Of a stretch of DNA of 35,429 nucleotides, positions 1 to 8,770 are shown piece by piece. Numbering within the stretch: the stretch's first letter is position 1; the number at the start of each line of letters is the position of its first letter. Both the position numbers and the translations under genes were made by a program. Source of the stretch: Clostridia bacterium (GTDB taxonomy: Bacteria > Bacillota > Clostridia > Oscillospirales > CAG-272); NCBI GenBank assembly GCA_017461825.1, contig JAFTXB010000207.1, forward strand, positions 1 through 35,429. Direction: 5' to 3'. Below the pieces are notes generated by a model. The model worked only from the letters and a program-made list of their open reading frames with translations. It searched no databases and had not been told where the DNA came from.

Positions 1-143
1 GGCTGTTTGCAAACTCTGTCAAGGGTGCGCAGGCGAGCGCGGTCATCTATTCTCTTGCCGCCACAGCTATGGCAAACGGATTGAATGTGGAACAGTATTT
101 TACCGACGTCCTTTCCTCAAATGAGCACCGTCTTCCGTGGTAA
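1..143 (+). CDS. IS66-family transposase, C-terminal fragment (5' part lies outside the window)
   Basis: The frame starting at nt 3 reads LFANSVKGAQASAVIYSLAATAMANGLNVEQYFTDVLSSNEHRLPW, then TAA at 141-143. The block G-A-x-A-S-A-x-I-Y-S-L-x-x-T-A-x-A-N-G-L-N is the conserved C-terminal signature of IS66 (TnpC) transposases. Confidence 0.65.
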   Translation, partial: LFANSVKGAQASAVIYSLAATAMANGLNVEQYFTDVLSSNEHRLPW

Positions 144-160
144 GACGAATGTGTTTCGAG

Positions 161-278
161 ACGATATACGGTGAGACATATATAGCAGATAAACTATATA
201 CAGCAATAACCCATATATAGCTGCTAAATCATATATGGCAAATAAACCATATGTGGCAAAAAACTATATAGCAGTTTT
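161..278. repeat. Six to seven degenerate tandem 17-18 bp repeats, core A-C-x-ATATA-x-G-C-A
   Basis: Units read directly: acatatatagcagataa (176-192), actatatacagcaataa (193-209), cccatatatagctgctaa (210-227), atcatatatggcaaataa (228-245), accatatgtggcaaaaa (246-262), actatatagcagtttt (263-278). A weaker copy, acgatatacggtgag, lies at 161-175. Confidence 0.8.
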
Positions 279-291
279 GCTTATAAATTTG

Positions 292-321
292 AGACCGCTC
301 CGATTTCGGGGCGGTCTTTTT
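292..321 (+). terminator. Rho-independent terminator downstream of the transposase
   Basis: Stem gaccgc / gcggtc with loop tccgatttcggg, followed by ttttt. Confidence 0.6.
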
Positions 322-445
322 GGGGCTGTATACGCAGGATTATTTGGGGGTTACATTATAATCAAAAGTCATACATATTTGAAATTAATTGGATACAAAT
401 CACAATAACAACCAGGTTGTTGGCTTTTATGGGACAACTCGGCTG

Positions 446-1240
446 TTATGAATTAGCGAAGCATTTTTTATTTCTGTATTCAGATGGAGTCATATCGAAT
501 CGTTGTTTAAATCGACGGACAAAATTTGTGTAATCCCCAAAGCCGGCCCGTAAGAATATTTCGTTGATAGGAAGTGTGGAAAAGGTCAGCAAATTTTGTG
601 CGTGCGAAAACCGAATATTATCCAAATAAGTTTTGAAATGAATTCCTGTCTGCTGGTAAAATAACTCTGAAAAATAAGCACTGGAATATCCAAAGTGTTC
701 TGCCAAACTTTCCAAAGTGAGCTTTTCGCGAAAATGCTCCATCATATATATCATGGCGTTTTGCACAAGTGGTAAGGATGGGGGATTTTTGAAGGCTGTT
801 AACAAGTTCAATTTGTGTAAAATGCATTGCAATAAGAGTATGGCATATCGAGGCTCATCAATGTAAAATGCAAGCAATTCCTCAAGTAAAGGGCACAGTA
901 GCTTTGCTTGTTCCTCGTTCAGATAAAACGCAGGAGAGCAAGCGGGATCTTGGTTTGGAAATGTAAAAAAGTCACCGTCACACTCACATTGAAACATGAC
1001 AGTAATCACTTCGGCGCAATCGGTTTCAATTGAATGAACGCTTGCAGGTGACAAGAGAAACAGTGAGTTCGCAACAATTGGATATTCTTTTTTGTCTATG
1101 ATGTGGATTCCTTTGCCATGAACAAAAAACTCAATTTCAAAAAAGTCATGTCCATGTGCCGCAATACGATGCAGCAATTTTTTGTTTGCTACGGAAATGA
1201 AATGATTGGGGATATAATCGGGTTTTTTGTAAATATTCAT
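446..1240 (-). CDS. AraC-family transcriptional regulator (cupin-type sensor domain plus C-terminal HTH)
   Basis: The ORF-track protein from MNIYKKPDYIPNHF (ATG at 1240, preceded by AAAGGA) has an N-terminal HGHDFFEIEFFVHGKG cupin-like segment. Its C-terminal AraC helix-turn-helix reads LTLESLAEHFGYSSAYFSELF...GFGDYTNFVRRFKQRFDMTPSEYR. It is divergent from the GH38 gene. Confidence 0.85.
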   Translation of the reverse strand: MNIYKKPDYIPNHFISVANKKLLHRIAAHGHDFFEIEFFVHGKGIHIIDKKEYPIVANSLFLLSPASVHSIETDCAEVITVMFQCECDGDFFTFPNQDPACSPAFYLNEEQAKLLCPLLEELLAFYIDEPRYAILLLQCILHKLNLLTAFKNPPSLPLVQNAMIYMMEHFREKLTLESLAEHFGYSSAYFSELFYQQTGIHFKTYLDNIRFSHAQNLLTFSTLPINEIFLRAGFGDYTNFVRRFKQRFDMTPSEYRNKKCFANS

Positions 1241-1310
1241 GAAAGGAATCCTTTCTCGACAAGATTTGTTTAAAACCGAAAAAAAACAATATTTTTCCGT
1301 AAAAATACTA

Positions 1311-1339
1311 TTTTCATATGAGATCGAACGTGATATAAT
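1311..1339 (+). promoter_or_regulatory. Candidate sigma-70-type promoter for the GH38 gene
   Basis: ttttca (1311-1316), 17 nt spacer, then extended -10 tgaTATAAT (1331-1339), about 40 nt upstream of the ATG at 1380. Confidence 0.4.
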
Positions 1340-1379
1340 GGACACTGCATATTTTTATGAAATAAAGGAGATTCAAAAA

Positions 1380-4300
1380 ATGCAAGCACAAAGTATGTAT
1401 CGTAAAGTAACGTCATATCTTACTGCGTTGAAAAAAAAAGCGCGCAGACCGTTGGGGATGATTGAAAGTATTGGCATTTTACCCTGTGACTATAAAACTT
1501 CAAACGATTTGCCTGATGCATCTCTTTTTATGCCTTATCAAAAGGAACAGTTGTGGGGGTGTGGTGTTGATACACATTCATGGTTTCTGTTGCACACGCC
1601 GGCGCACAAAGAACTTGGCGATAAACAACTGCTTTTGCAGGTTTATACCGATCACAACGGTTGGGATCCCAATAACCCGCAATTTCTTGTATATGTAGAT
1701 GGTGAAATGCTACAAGGATTGGATACCAACCACCGTGAGATTTTGCTCGATCCAAAACATACACACGAAATATATTTGTATGCATATACAGGTGCTCAGG
1801 TCAAGCAATCACACTTTTATGCTGAATTGTTTGCATTTGACAACTTGGTGGAAAAGCTGTATTACGATATTAAAGTTCCGTATGACAGTTTAAGTCATTT
1901 AGAGATATATAGCAACGAATATCAAAATATTTTGGCACACTTGGATAGTGCATTGAACAAATTGGAAATGCTGGAATACGAATCCGAAACGCCAAATTTT
2001 ATGACATCAATTCAGGAAGCATCTAAGTACATGGATGAGGTGTTTTACGGAGAGTTTTGCGGACAACTTCCTCATGCGCCAAAAACGATTTGTATTGGAC
2101 ACACGCATATTGATTGTGCATGGCTTTGGACACTCAAGCAAACTCGTGAAAAAGTCCAGCGTTCTTTTTCCAGCGTTGTGGAACTGATGTCACGCTATCC
2201 CGAATATCGTTTTATGTCTTCGCAGGCATTGCTTTATCAGTATCTAAAGGAAGAAGCTCCCAAACTTTACGAAAGAGTTAAGCAATTGATTCGGGATGGT
2301 CGTTGGGAATGCGAGGGAGGTATGTGGGTAGAAGCTGATTGCAATCTTCCCTCTGGTGAGAGTCTTGTTCGTCAAGTGCTTTACGGCAAACGTTTTTTCA
2401 AGGAGGAGTTCGATGTAGAAAACCGCGTACTTTGGCTTCCCGATGTTTTTGGATATTCTGCCGCATTACCGCAGATCCTTCGCAAGAGCGGTATTGAGTG
2501 GTTTGTAACATCCAAGATCAGTTGGAACGATTGTAACAAGATGCCCTACGATACTTTTGATTGGCAGGGGATTGATGGCTCGCGCATTCACAGTTATTTT
2601 ATGACTGCACAGGATAAGGTACTCCACAAAGAGCCGAAAAATGTTACCTACTATGTCGCACACACTACGCCTGCAATGGTGGCAGGAACGATTGAGCGCT
2701 ATCAGCAAAAGAATTTGAACAATGAAGCACTCTTGACTTTTGGATTTGGAGATGGCGGCGGTGGCCCTACGGTCGAGCATTTGGAAATGCAACGAAGATT
2801 GTCTTATGGAATTCCCGGTACGCCCAAAACAGAGATTGATTTTGCCGGGAACTTTCTTTCGCGTCTGTCTAAAAAGATCGAAAATAATCCTCGACTTCCT
2901 ATTTGGCGTGGAGAATTGTATTTGGAGTTCCATCGAGGAACCTATACTTCTGTATTCAAAAATAAAAAGAACAATCGCATGAGCGAATTCTTATATCAAA
3001 ACAGTGAGTGGGCATCGACAATCGCAAAATTGCTTTGCAACCAACCTTTCCCCAAGACAGAGTTGCATCGTGGTTGGAAAATGATCTTAACCAACCAATT
3101 CCATGATATTATTCCCGGTTCTTCTATAGGCCCCGTATACGATCAATGCGATATTGACTATTGCATTATCAAGGAGATAGGCGAGAAGTGTTTAACCAAC
3201 GCGAAAAAGGCAATTTCCGACGGTATTTCCAAAGATTGTGGCTATGTGATATTTAATCCGAATGGAACAGTTGGGAATGGTTTGATTGATCTAGACGGGA
3301 CTTGTGCGTATGTCGAAAATATTCCCACAAAAGGATATGCCTGCGTAAAGTCTCCGAAAACCGAAAATTCCATTCTCATTGGAAAAAATACATTAGAGAA
3401 CACCTATTTCCGTCTTCACTTTGACGAAGATATGCTACTAACATCAATCTATGACAAGCGATCTGACCGTGAGGTCTTGGCAAACGGAGCACGTGGAAAT
3501 GAACTGCGGATTTATGCAGATTATCCGGACCGATTTGATGCGTGGGAATGGCAAGAGTTTTCATCCGAAGGTCCTTACCGTGTATTGACAGATGTACAAA
3601 GTTGTACACCGGTGCAAAACGGTGTTCGTGCAGGATTTTGCGTTTTTCGCAGACACATGGAATCTACCGTTAAGCAAACGATTTGGCTATATGACGATAT
3701 TGATCGCATCGATTTCGAAACCGATGTGGATTGGCATCAAAACCATCAAATGCTTAAGGCTGCATTTCCTGTGGACATCAATTCTGACCGAGCTACCTTT
3801 GAGATTCAGTATGGAAGTATCGAGCGTCCCACACATAAAAATACTTCTTGGGATGCTATGAAGTTCGAGACCTGTGCACACAAATTTGTTGATTTTTCGG
3901 AAGGCGGTTATGGTGTGAGCCTGCTCAATGATTGCAAATATGGTCACGATATACATGGAAATGAAATGGTGATCTCACTCATAAAATCTCCCACCTACCC
4001 CGATCCAAATGCGGATCAAGGACATATGAGCTGCACCTATTCGCTTGTCCCTCATGCAGGTGCGGTCGATCTTGCAAGAATTTCCTCAATGGCGTATGCC
4101 TTGAATAATCCAATGCAAGTCATGCCCGCAAACGGGAAAAGATCGGTTTTGCCGGAGCGTTTTTCTGTGATCGAATCAAACAAACCGAACATCATTTGCG
4201 AAGTTGTAAAAGAGAGCGAGGACGGTGAGGATACTATCTTGCGTTTATATGAAAACAGCAACACCAAAACAAAAGCTACACTTTCTTTTGGCTTTCATGT

Positions 4301-4424
4301 TGCAAGCGTTTCGCTTTGTGATCTGATAGAAAAGGAGATACAAGAGATATTACTTGAAGGTAGTCAAATCACATTGGAATTTGGTCCGTTTGAGATACAC
4401 ACCTTAAAAATAAAAACGAAATAA
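1380..4424 (+). CDS. GH38 alpha-mannosidase (cytoplasmic; no signal peptide)
   Basis: The start is set at MQAQSMYRK (ATG 1380 after AAGGAG). Family blocks present: IGHTHIDCAWLW, WECEGGMWVEADCN, LWLPDVFGYSAALPQI, FGFGDGGGGPT, EFHRGTYTS, NQFHDIIPGSSI. Confidence 0.9.
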   Translation: MQAQSMYRKVTSYLTALKKKARRPLGMIESIGILPCDYKTSNDLPDASLFMPYQKEQLWGCGVDTHSWFLLHTPAHKELGDKQLLLQVYTDHNGWDPNNPQFLVYVDGEMLQGLDTNHREILLDPKHTHEIYLYAYTGAQVKQSHFYAELFAFDNLVEKLYYDIKVPYDSLSHLEIYSNEYQNILAHLDSALNKLEMLEYESETPNFMTSIQEASKYMDEVFYGEFCGQLPHAPKTICIGHTHIDCAWLWTLKQTREKVQRSFSSVVELMSRYPEYRFMSSQALLYQYLKEEAPKLYERVKQLIRDGRWECEGGMWVEADCNLPSGESLVRQVLYGKRFFKEEFDVENRVLWLPDVFGYSAALPQILRKSGIEWFVTSKISWNDCNKMPYDTFDWQGIDGSRIHSYFMTAQDKVLHKEPKNVTYYVAHTTPAMVAGTIERYQQKNLNNEALLTFGFGDGGGGPTVEHLEMQRRLSYGIPGTPKTEIDFAGNFLSRLSKKIENNPRLPIWRGELYLEFHRGTYTSVFKNKKNNRMSEFLYQNSEWASTIAKLLCNQPFPKTELHRGWKMILTNQFHDIIPGSSIGPVYDQCDIDYCIIKEIGEKCLTNAKKAISDGISKDCGYVIFNPNGTVGNGLIDLDGTCAYVENIPTKGYACVKSPKTENSILIGKNTLENTYFRLHFDEDMLLTSIYDKRSDREVLANGARGNELRIYADYPDRFDAWEWQEFSSEGPYRVLTDVQSCTPVQNGVRAGFCVFRRHMESTVKQTIWLYDDIDRIDFETDVDWHQNHQMLKAAFPVDINSDRATFEIQYGSIERPTHKNTSWDAMKFETCAHKFVDFSEGGYGVSLLNDCKYGHDIHGNEMVISLIKSPTYPDPNADQGHMSCTYSLVPHAGAVDLARISSMAYALNNPMQVMPANGKRSVLPERFSVIESNKPNIICEVVKESEDGEDTILRLYENSNTKTKATLSFGFHVASVSLCDLIEKEIQEILLEGSQITLEFGPFEIHTLKIKTK

Positions 4425-4432
4425 TACTTATT

Positions 4433-4460
4433 GAGAGGAACCGCTTCGGTGGTTCCTCTC
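4433..4460. terminator. Hairpin between the convergent GH38 and AraC genes (likely bidirectional terminator)
   Basis: gagaggaacc (4433-4442) pairs with ggttcctctc (4451-4460). The flanks are T-rich on the right and A/T-rich on the left. Confidence 0.5.
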
Positions 4461-4466
4461 TTCATT

Positions 4467-5387
4467 TCAAGTGCTATTTTTGGTTTCTGTATTTTGTTTT
4501 TGGTCTCTGGAATAGGTTCTGTATTTATCGGGTGTCATGCCGATTTTTTTACGAAAACAGTTGTTGAAGTGATTGTAGTTTTGAAAACCGCAATCCGAGG
4601 AAACTTTATGCAAGGTTTTGTCTGAATATTGCAATTGAATTTTCGCTTGTTCAATTCTGGTTTCCATCAGTTTTTGAACAAAAGGCATACCGAACTCGCG
4701 AACGAAGAGTCTTGATGTTTGTCTGGAAGATATATTCATAGCATCCGCAAAATCTTGTAGTTTTAGCGGTTCCATGTAATGATAGCGTAACAATCGGTCA
4801 ATTTGTTCACGCCAAAACAAATTGTGTTTCAAATCGTCTGCCGAGAATAATGAAGGGCTTTTTTGGTCGGAAAGTCGTAAAAACTGAATAAATAGCATAG
4901 TACATAAGGCCTTCAAAAATACAAAGTTTCCGTATTGTTGGGTAAGAATTTCATTTTTTATTTGTTCCCATGTAACTAGGCTTTTCAATTCCGTATCTTT
5001 TACGATACGAATTGTTTTTAAAATTTCTAAAATATTTGTATAAGCATTTTTTTGCACTACGGTTGCTTGGTTGTTTGGTTTTTTCAAAGAAAAGCGAATG
5101 CTGTAAATGCAAAGCGCATTTGTAACGGATTGCTCTAATTGGTAGTGCATTTCATGAGGATGAATTAATATCCAATCTCCGGTTTCAAGATCTATTTTTT
5201 TATCATTAATAATTTGATTTCCACTTCCGGAAGCGACAAAGCGAAGTTCATAAGACTTTCCATGATTATGTGGAACGCTAATGCATTCTTCACCACAACT
5301 GTAAAGTTTCTCATTCAAATAGAAGTAAGTGTTGATGTTCCCGATCTGAACAGGTGTTTCAATAGAGATTATTCGAGGTAAAGACAT
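4467..5387 (-). CDS. AraC-family transcriptional regulator
   Basis: 306 aa. N-terminal cupin-like segment (HNHGKSYELRFVASGSG...IHPHEMHYQ). C-terminal AraC HTH (LKLQDFADAMNISSRQTSRLF...CGFQNYNHFNNCFRKKIGMTPDKYR). A GGGGGGA RBS lies upstream of the ATG at 5387. Confidence 0.85.
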   Translation of the reverse strand: MSLPRIISIETPVQIGNINTYFYLNEKLYSCGEECISVPHNHGKSYELRFVASGSGNQIINDKKIDLETGDWILIHPHEMHYQLEQSVTNALCIYSIRFSLKKPNNQATVVQKNAYTNILEILKTIRIVKDTELKSLVTWEQIKNEILTQQYGNFVFLKALCTMLFIQFLRLSDQKSPSLFSADDLKHNLFWREQIDRLLRYHYMEPLKLQDFADAMNISSRQTSRLFVREFGMPFVQKLMETRIEQAKIQLQYSDKTLHKVSSDCGFQNYNHFNNCFRKKIGMTPDKYRTYSRDQKQNTETKNST

Positions 5388-5516
5388 AATACATTCCCCC
5401 CCTTATATAGTAATTATGCAATTATATGATACCATTTTTTTTGTAAAAAAACAAGTCTATTTTGCTAAAAAAAAGTTAATAAGACAGGTCGCACAAAAAG
5501 AGGGCGTTAAATTTAA

Positions 5517-5545
5517 TTGACACAGATGTTTTTTTCTTGTATAAT
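5517..5545 (+). promoter_or_regulatory. Near-consensus sigma-70-type promoter for the BNR/GLUG locus
   Basis: TTGACA (5517-5522), exactly 17 nt spacer, TATAAT (5540-5545). It lies about 130 nt upstream of the lipoprotein ATG at 5676. Confidence 0.6.
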
Positions 5546-5675
5546 AAAACTCAACTCACAGAATCAACCAAAACGATCCCCCAAAAATTGGATGTTTCAA
5601 CCAAAAATGATTGGTGAAACAAAAAAATCACTTAACAAATTATTGTTTCAAAAAAGTCAAAGAAGGGCTGAGAAA

Positions 5676-7445
5676 ATGAAAAAAAAGATGCGAGTTTTAT
5701 TTCGCGCTATTTGTATCTTGTTGACATTTATACTACTTTTTACCTCTTGTAACAAAGGTCGTGGTGACTTGGAAGGAACGACAGATGAAACACCGGATGC
5801 TGACGGCGGTTTGCCGGAGGTGTTTCCCTATACGCTTTCGGATTTTCAAATTGTTCGCCCTGATATGCCGACTGTTACCGTAAAGGAATCTGCATTACGC
5901 TTGAATCGCACAATTAAGGAAAAGCTTGGAAGGCCACTTTCAATTCGAACCGATTTTGACAAATCAGATGAAAAAGTGTGCGAAATTCTTGTTGGTGTTA
6001 CTACACGGTCTGCCAGCCAAGAGATATTAGCAACCATATCCAACGGAGAGTATATAATCCAAACGGTACGGTCAGAGGATGGTGTTAAGATCGTACTGTT
6101 AGGTGCTACCGATATGCTAATCGATAAGGCTGTTTCCGAATTTGAAGCGATGATTAAAAATGATACCGTTGAGGTTGATGGGCAAATCAAACGCTTTTCG
6201 GTAAAGGTCAATCTTCCGACACTTTTTAAAAACTATACGTTAAAAATCAGTGATCCTATTTTAGTGGCAAAAGGTGCTCCGCTTTCACAAATTGGCTACG
6301 GACCATATCAATTTCCAAGATTATATTGGGCACAGGATGGTTCCATTTATGCAAAATGGGGTATGAGCAATGATAAAATTGTTGATACCGAGTATTTACA
6401 AGGGCAAAGTACAGCTGTTTCATCGGACGGTGGTCTAATTTGGCGTTCGGGAACCGACGGCGATGAGATTGCCTACACGCGTAGTCTTATGCAAAACGGA
6501 AAATATTTTGTAGGATTTAAGGGAAACGGAACACAAAACGTTACTTATTTAAGTCAGTATCTCCCCCTTTATACAGCTAATGATCCATCTTATTCTTCGG
6601 TTGAGTATTATTCGGTTGCAACTTTAAAAGAATATGATGATACCATTTTGTGTGAAGAATATGATCCCAAAACAGGAACCAAAACCACCTTTGAAACCAA
6701 GGTCAATTGGCCACACGCTGTTGTTGCCGTTTATAATAAGACGGGTCTATCGCCTCTTTCCAGTACCCTTTCAGTTCAAAACGGAGTTGGAGATTTGGCA
6801 ACAGAGGATGCATTGTATTTTTGCACTTATGCGCGTGGACTGGATCCTAAAACAGGTGAAGTTACACGACACAGTAAATATTTTAGCGTGTATGTCTTTA
6901 AGTCTATCGATAATGCCCGCACGTGGGATTGTATTTCCTATATTCCGATTGATTCGGATGTCATGGGAGATATTTCGGGAATCGAAGGTTTGTTTGACGG
7001 ATTTTGTGAGCCACATATGGAGCAAATGCCTGATGGTTCTTTTCTGATGCTTATACGATCGGGACATAATCATCCTTCTTATCTTGTCCGTTCTACCGAC
7101 GGCGGTATGACTTGGAGCAAACCTGAAAAATATGATGATCTTGGTGTGTTTCCACAAATTTTGACTACACCAACAGGCGTGACATTGGCTTCTTACGGTC
7201 GTCCCGGTTTGTTTTTACGTTCTACCAATGATCCATCAGGGCTTATATGGAACGATCCTGTTGAGCTCGAGTTGAGCCAATTCGGTGGAGAGGTCAAAAC
7301 CTGTGGTTACACTAATTTTCTGCTATTGAATGCGACAACTGTACTGATGATCTATTCGGATTATAATTACAGCGTCAGCGGAAAAAGAACCGATGTGGCA
7401 AAATGCATCATGGTACGCATTATCACAATTGAACCGACAACTTAA
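5676..7445 (+). CDS. Lipoprotein with an N-terminal alpha/beta extension and a C-terminal BNR/Asp-box beta-propeller (sialidase-fold) domain; paralog 1 of 3
   Basis: The start is set at MKKKMRVLFRAICILLTFILLFTSC (signal peptide plus lipobox Cys). Asp-box-like motifs: SSDGGLIW, SIDNARTWD, STDGGMTWSKP. Shares long blocks with the 7491 and 12105 proteins (YFCTYARGLD, YFSVYVFKSID, FCEPHMEQMPDGSFLMLIRSG, PSYLVRSTDGG, GVFPQ, ASYGRPGLFL). Confidence 0.75.
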   Translation: MKKKMRVLFRAICILLTFILLFTSCNKGRGDLEGTTDETPDADGGLPEVFPYTLSDFQIVRPDMPTVTVKESALRLNRTIKEKLGRPLSIRTDFDKSDEKVCEILVGVTTRSASQEILATISNGEYIIQTVRSEDGVKIVLLGATDMLIDKAVSEFEAMIKNDTVEVDGQIKRFSVKVNLPTLFKNYTLKISDPILVAKGAPLSQIGYGPYQFPRLYWAQDGSIYAKWGMSNDKIVDTEYLQGQSTAVSSDGGLIWRSGTDGDEIAYTRSLMQNGKYFVGFKGNGTQNVTYLSQYLPLYTANDPSYSSVEYYSVATLKEYDDTILCEEYDPKTGTKTTFETKVNWPHAVVAVYNKTGLSPLSSTLSVQNGVGDLATEDALYFCTYARGLDPKTGEVTRHSKYFSVYVFKSIDNARTWDCISYIPIDSDVMGDISGIEGLFDGFCEPHMEQMPDGSFLMLIRSGHNHPSYLVRSTDGGMTWSKPEKYDDLGVFPQILTTPTGVTLASYGRPGLFLRSTNDPSGLIWNDPVELELSQFGGEVKTCGYTNFLLLNATTVLMIYSDYNYSVSGKRTDVAKCIMVRIITIEPTT

Positions 7446-7490
7446 TATCAATAAGTTTTTTAGGCAGATTTAGAGAAGGGAGTTTTCAAA

Positions 7491-8711
7491 ATGATAAAGA
7501 GAAAATTTCACTTGGATCTGGGGGAGCCTACAATTGTGGTGCGCGGGCAGCAATGTAATCACGGCCCGTGGCAATTTCCCAAGTTGGCTCGTACAAAGAA
7601 TGGCTCGATTTATATCAAGTGGAGCATGGGAACTGACCGCGTAGAGGGAGGAGGCGATCTTCTCGGACAATCGCAGGCGATTTCAGATGACAGGGGCAAG
7701 ACATGGAAACTCATGCCACCCGACGATTCGGTGGCATATGACACTATGATGCCAAATGGCAAAGCGTTTGCTTATTTTTTGGGAAAAGCAGCACATGAGG
7801 TCAACTATGATCTCAAACAATATACGGTTGCCTGTGATGGGCGTGAAAATACAAGCGTATATTTTGCCGATGATATCAAGGAGCTTGACCGTACAACAAT
7901 AGCGGTTGAGTACGATACGAAAACGGGTGAGCTAAATCAATTTCCCGTTAAAATCAATTGGCCCAATATGGCATTGACTGTTTATCACCGTGACTATGGA
8001 GATATTGTTTACCCTCCGTGCCAAATGATGGCAATCAGCAACGGAGAAGGACAACTTGTCTTGGATGATGGTTTGTACTTTTGCACCTATTCAAGGGGAT
8101 TTGATTTTAAGACAGGAAAGATCACTAAACACAGCGGTCGTTATTCGGTTTATGTGTTTCGTTCTATCGACAGCGCTCGGACATGGGATATTGTTTCACA
8201 AGTCTTGGTAGACGATGACACCTATCGAACTCGCGAAAATGATCCTATTGACAGTGAAGGGTTATGTGAACCAAAAATGCGGAAAATGTTGGACGGCTCG
8301 GTAGTGATGATCATGCGGTCGGGCTTAAACTATCCCACTTGGCTGGTGCGTTCTACCGATAATTGCAAAACATGGAGCAAACCTGTCGAGTTTGATGATA
8401 TCGGCGTGTTTCCGCAAATGGTTTGTTTGGATTGCGGTGTTACGGTTGCAACCTATGGACGCCCCGAAATGCGTATTCGCGCTACTGCAGATCCGCAAGG
8501 ACTGAAATGGGAGCCACCGATCAAAATGGAGTTGAACCCGGCTGGAAAGAACAGACCTTGGTGGTGGCAATCCTGCTTTAATACTTCATTATTGGCATTG
8601 GATGGAAATTCCGTGTTGATGGCGTATAGCGATTTTAATGTTCCCAATGAAGAAGGCGAGCCAACAAAATCGATCATGGTTCGCAACATTACGGTCGTTT
8701 TTGACGAGTGA
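7491..8711 (+). CDS. BNR/Asp-box beta-propeller (sialidase-fold) protein, no signal peptide; paralog 2 of 3
   Basis: 406 aa with an AAGGGAG RBS. Motifs: ISDDRGKTWK, SIDSARTWD, STDNCKTWSKP. Paralog blocks: YFCTYSRGFD, YSVYVFRSID, LCEPKMRKMLDGSVVMIMRSG, GVFPQ, ATYGRPEM. Confidence 0.75.
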   Translation: MIKRKFHLDLGEPTIVVRGQQCNHGPWQFPKLARTKNGSIYIKWSMGTDRVEGGGDLLGQSQAISDDRGKTWKLMPPDDSVAYDTMMPNGKAFAYFLGKAAHEVNYDLKQYTVACDGRENTSVYFADDIKELDRTTIAVEYDTKTGELNQFPVKINWPNMALTVYHRDYGDIVYPPCQMMAISNGEGQLVLDDGLYFCTYSRGFDFKTGKITKHSGRYSVYVFRSIDSARTWDIVSQVLVDDDTYRTRENDPIDSEGLCEPKMRKMLDGSVVMIMRSGLNYPTWLVRSTDNCKTWSKPVEFDDIGVFPQMVCLDCGVTVATYGRPEMRIRATADPQGLKWEPPIKMELNPAGKNRPWWWQSCFNTSLLALDGNSVLMAYSDFNVPNEEGEPTKSIMVRNITVVFDE

Positions 8712-8770
8712 CCGTTCTCACACTTTTGGAATCAATTGATTCAAGATAAATTTTTGAATGGAGGAAAAAG

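Larger units (their letters stand above)
1..354 (+). mobile_element. Right-hand end of an IS66-family insertion sequence (outer boundary approximate)
   Basis: The transposase 3' end is followed by a subterminal repeat array and a hairpin terminator. A TTAC tetranucleotide at 351-354 matches the usual GTAA...TTAC termini of IS66 elements. The left end is not in the window, so no inverted-repeat confirmation is possible. Confidence 0.35.

Noticed and set aside
4431-4625. A 64-aa plus-strand ORF after the GH38 gene.
   Set aside because: It starts inside the terminator hairpin and then runs antisense through the 3' end of the AraC gene. It has no RBS.
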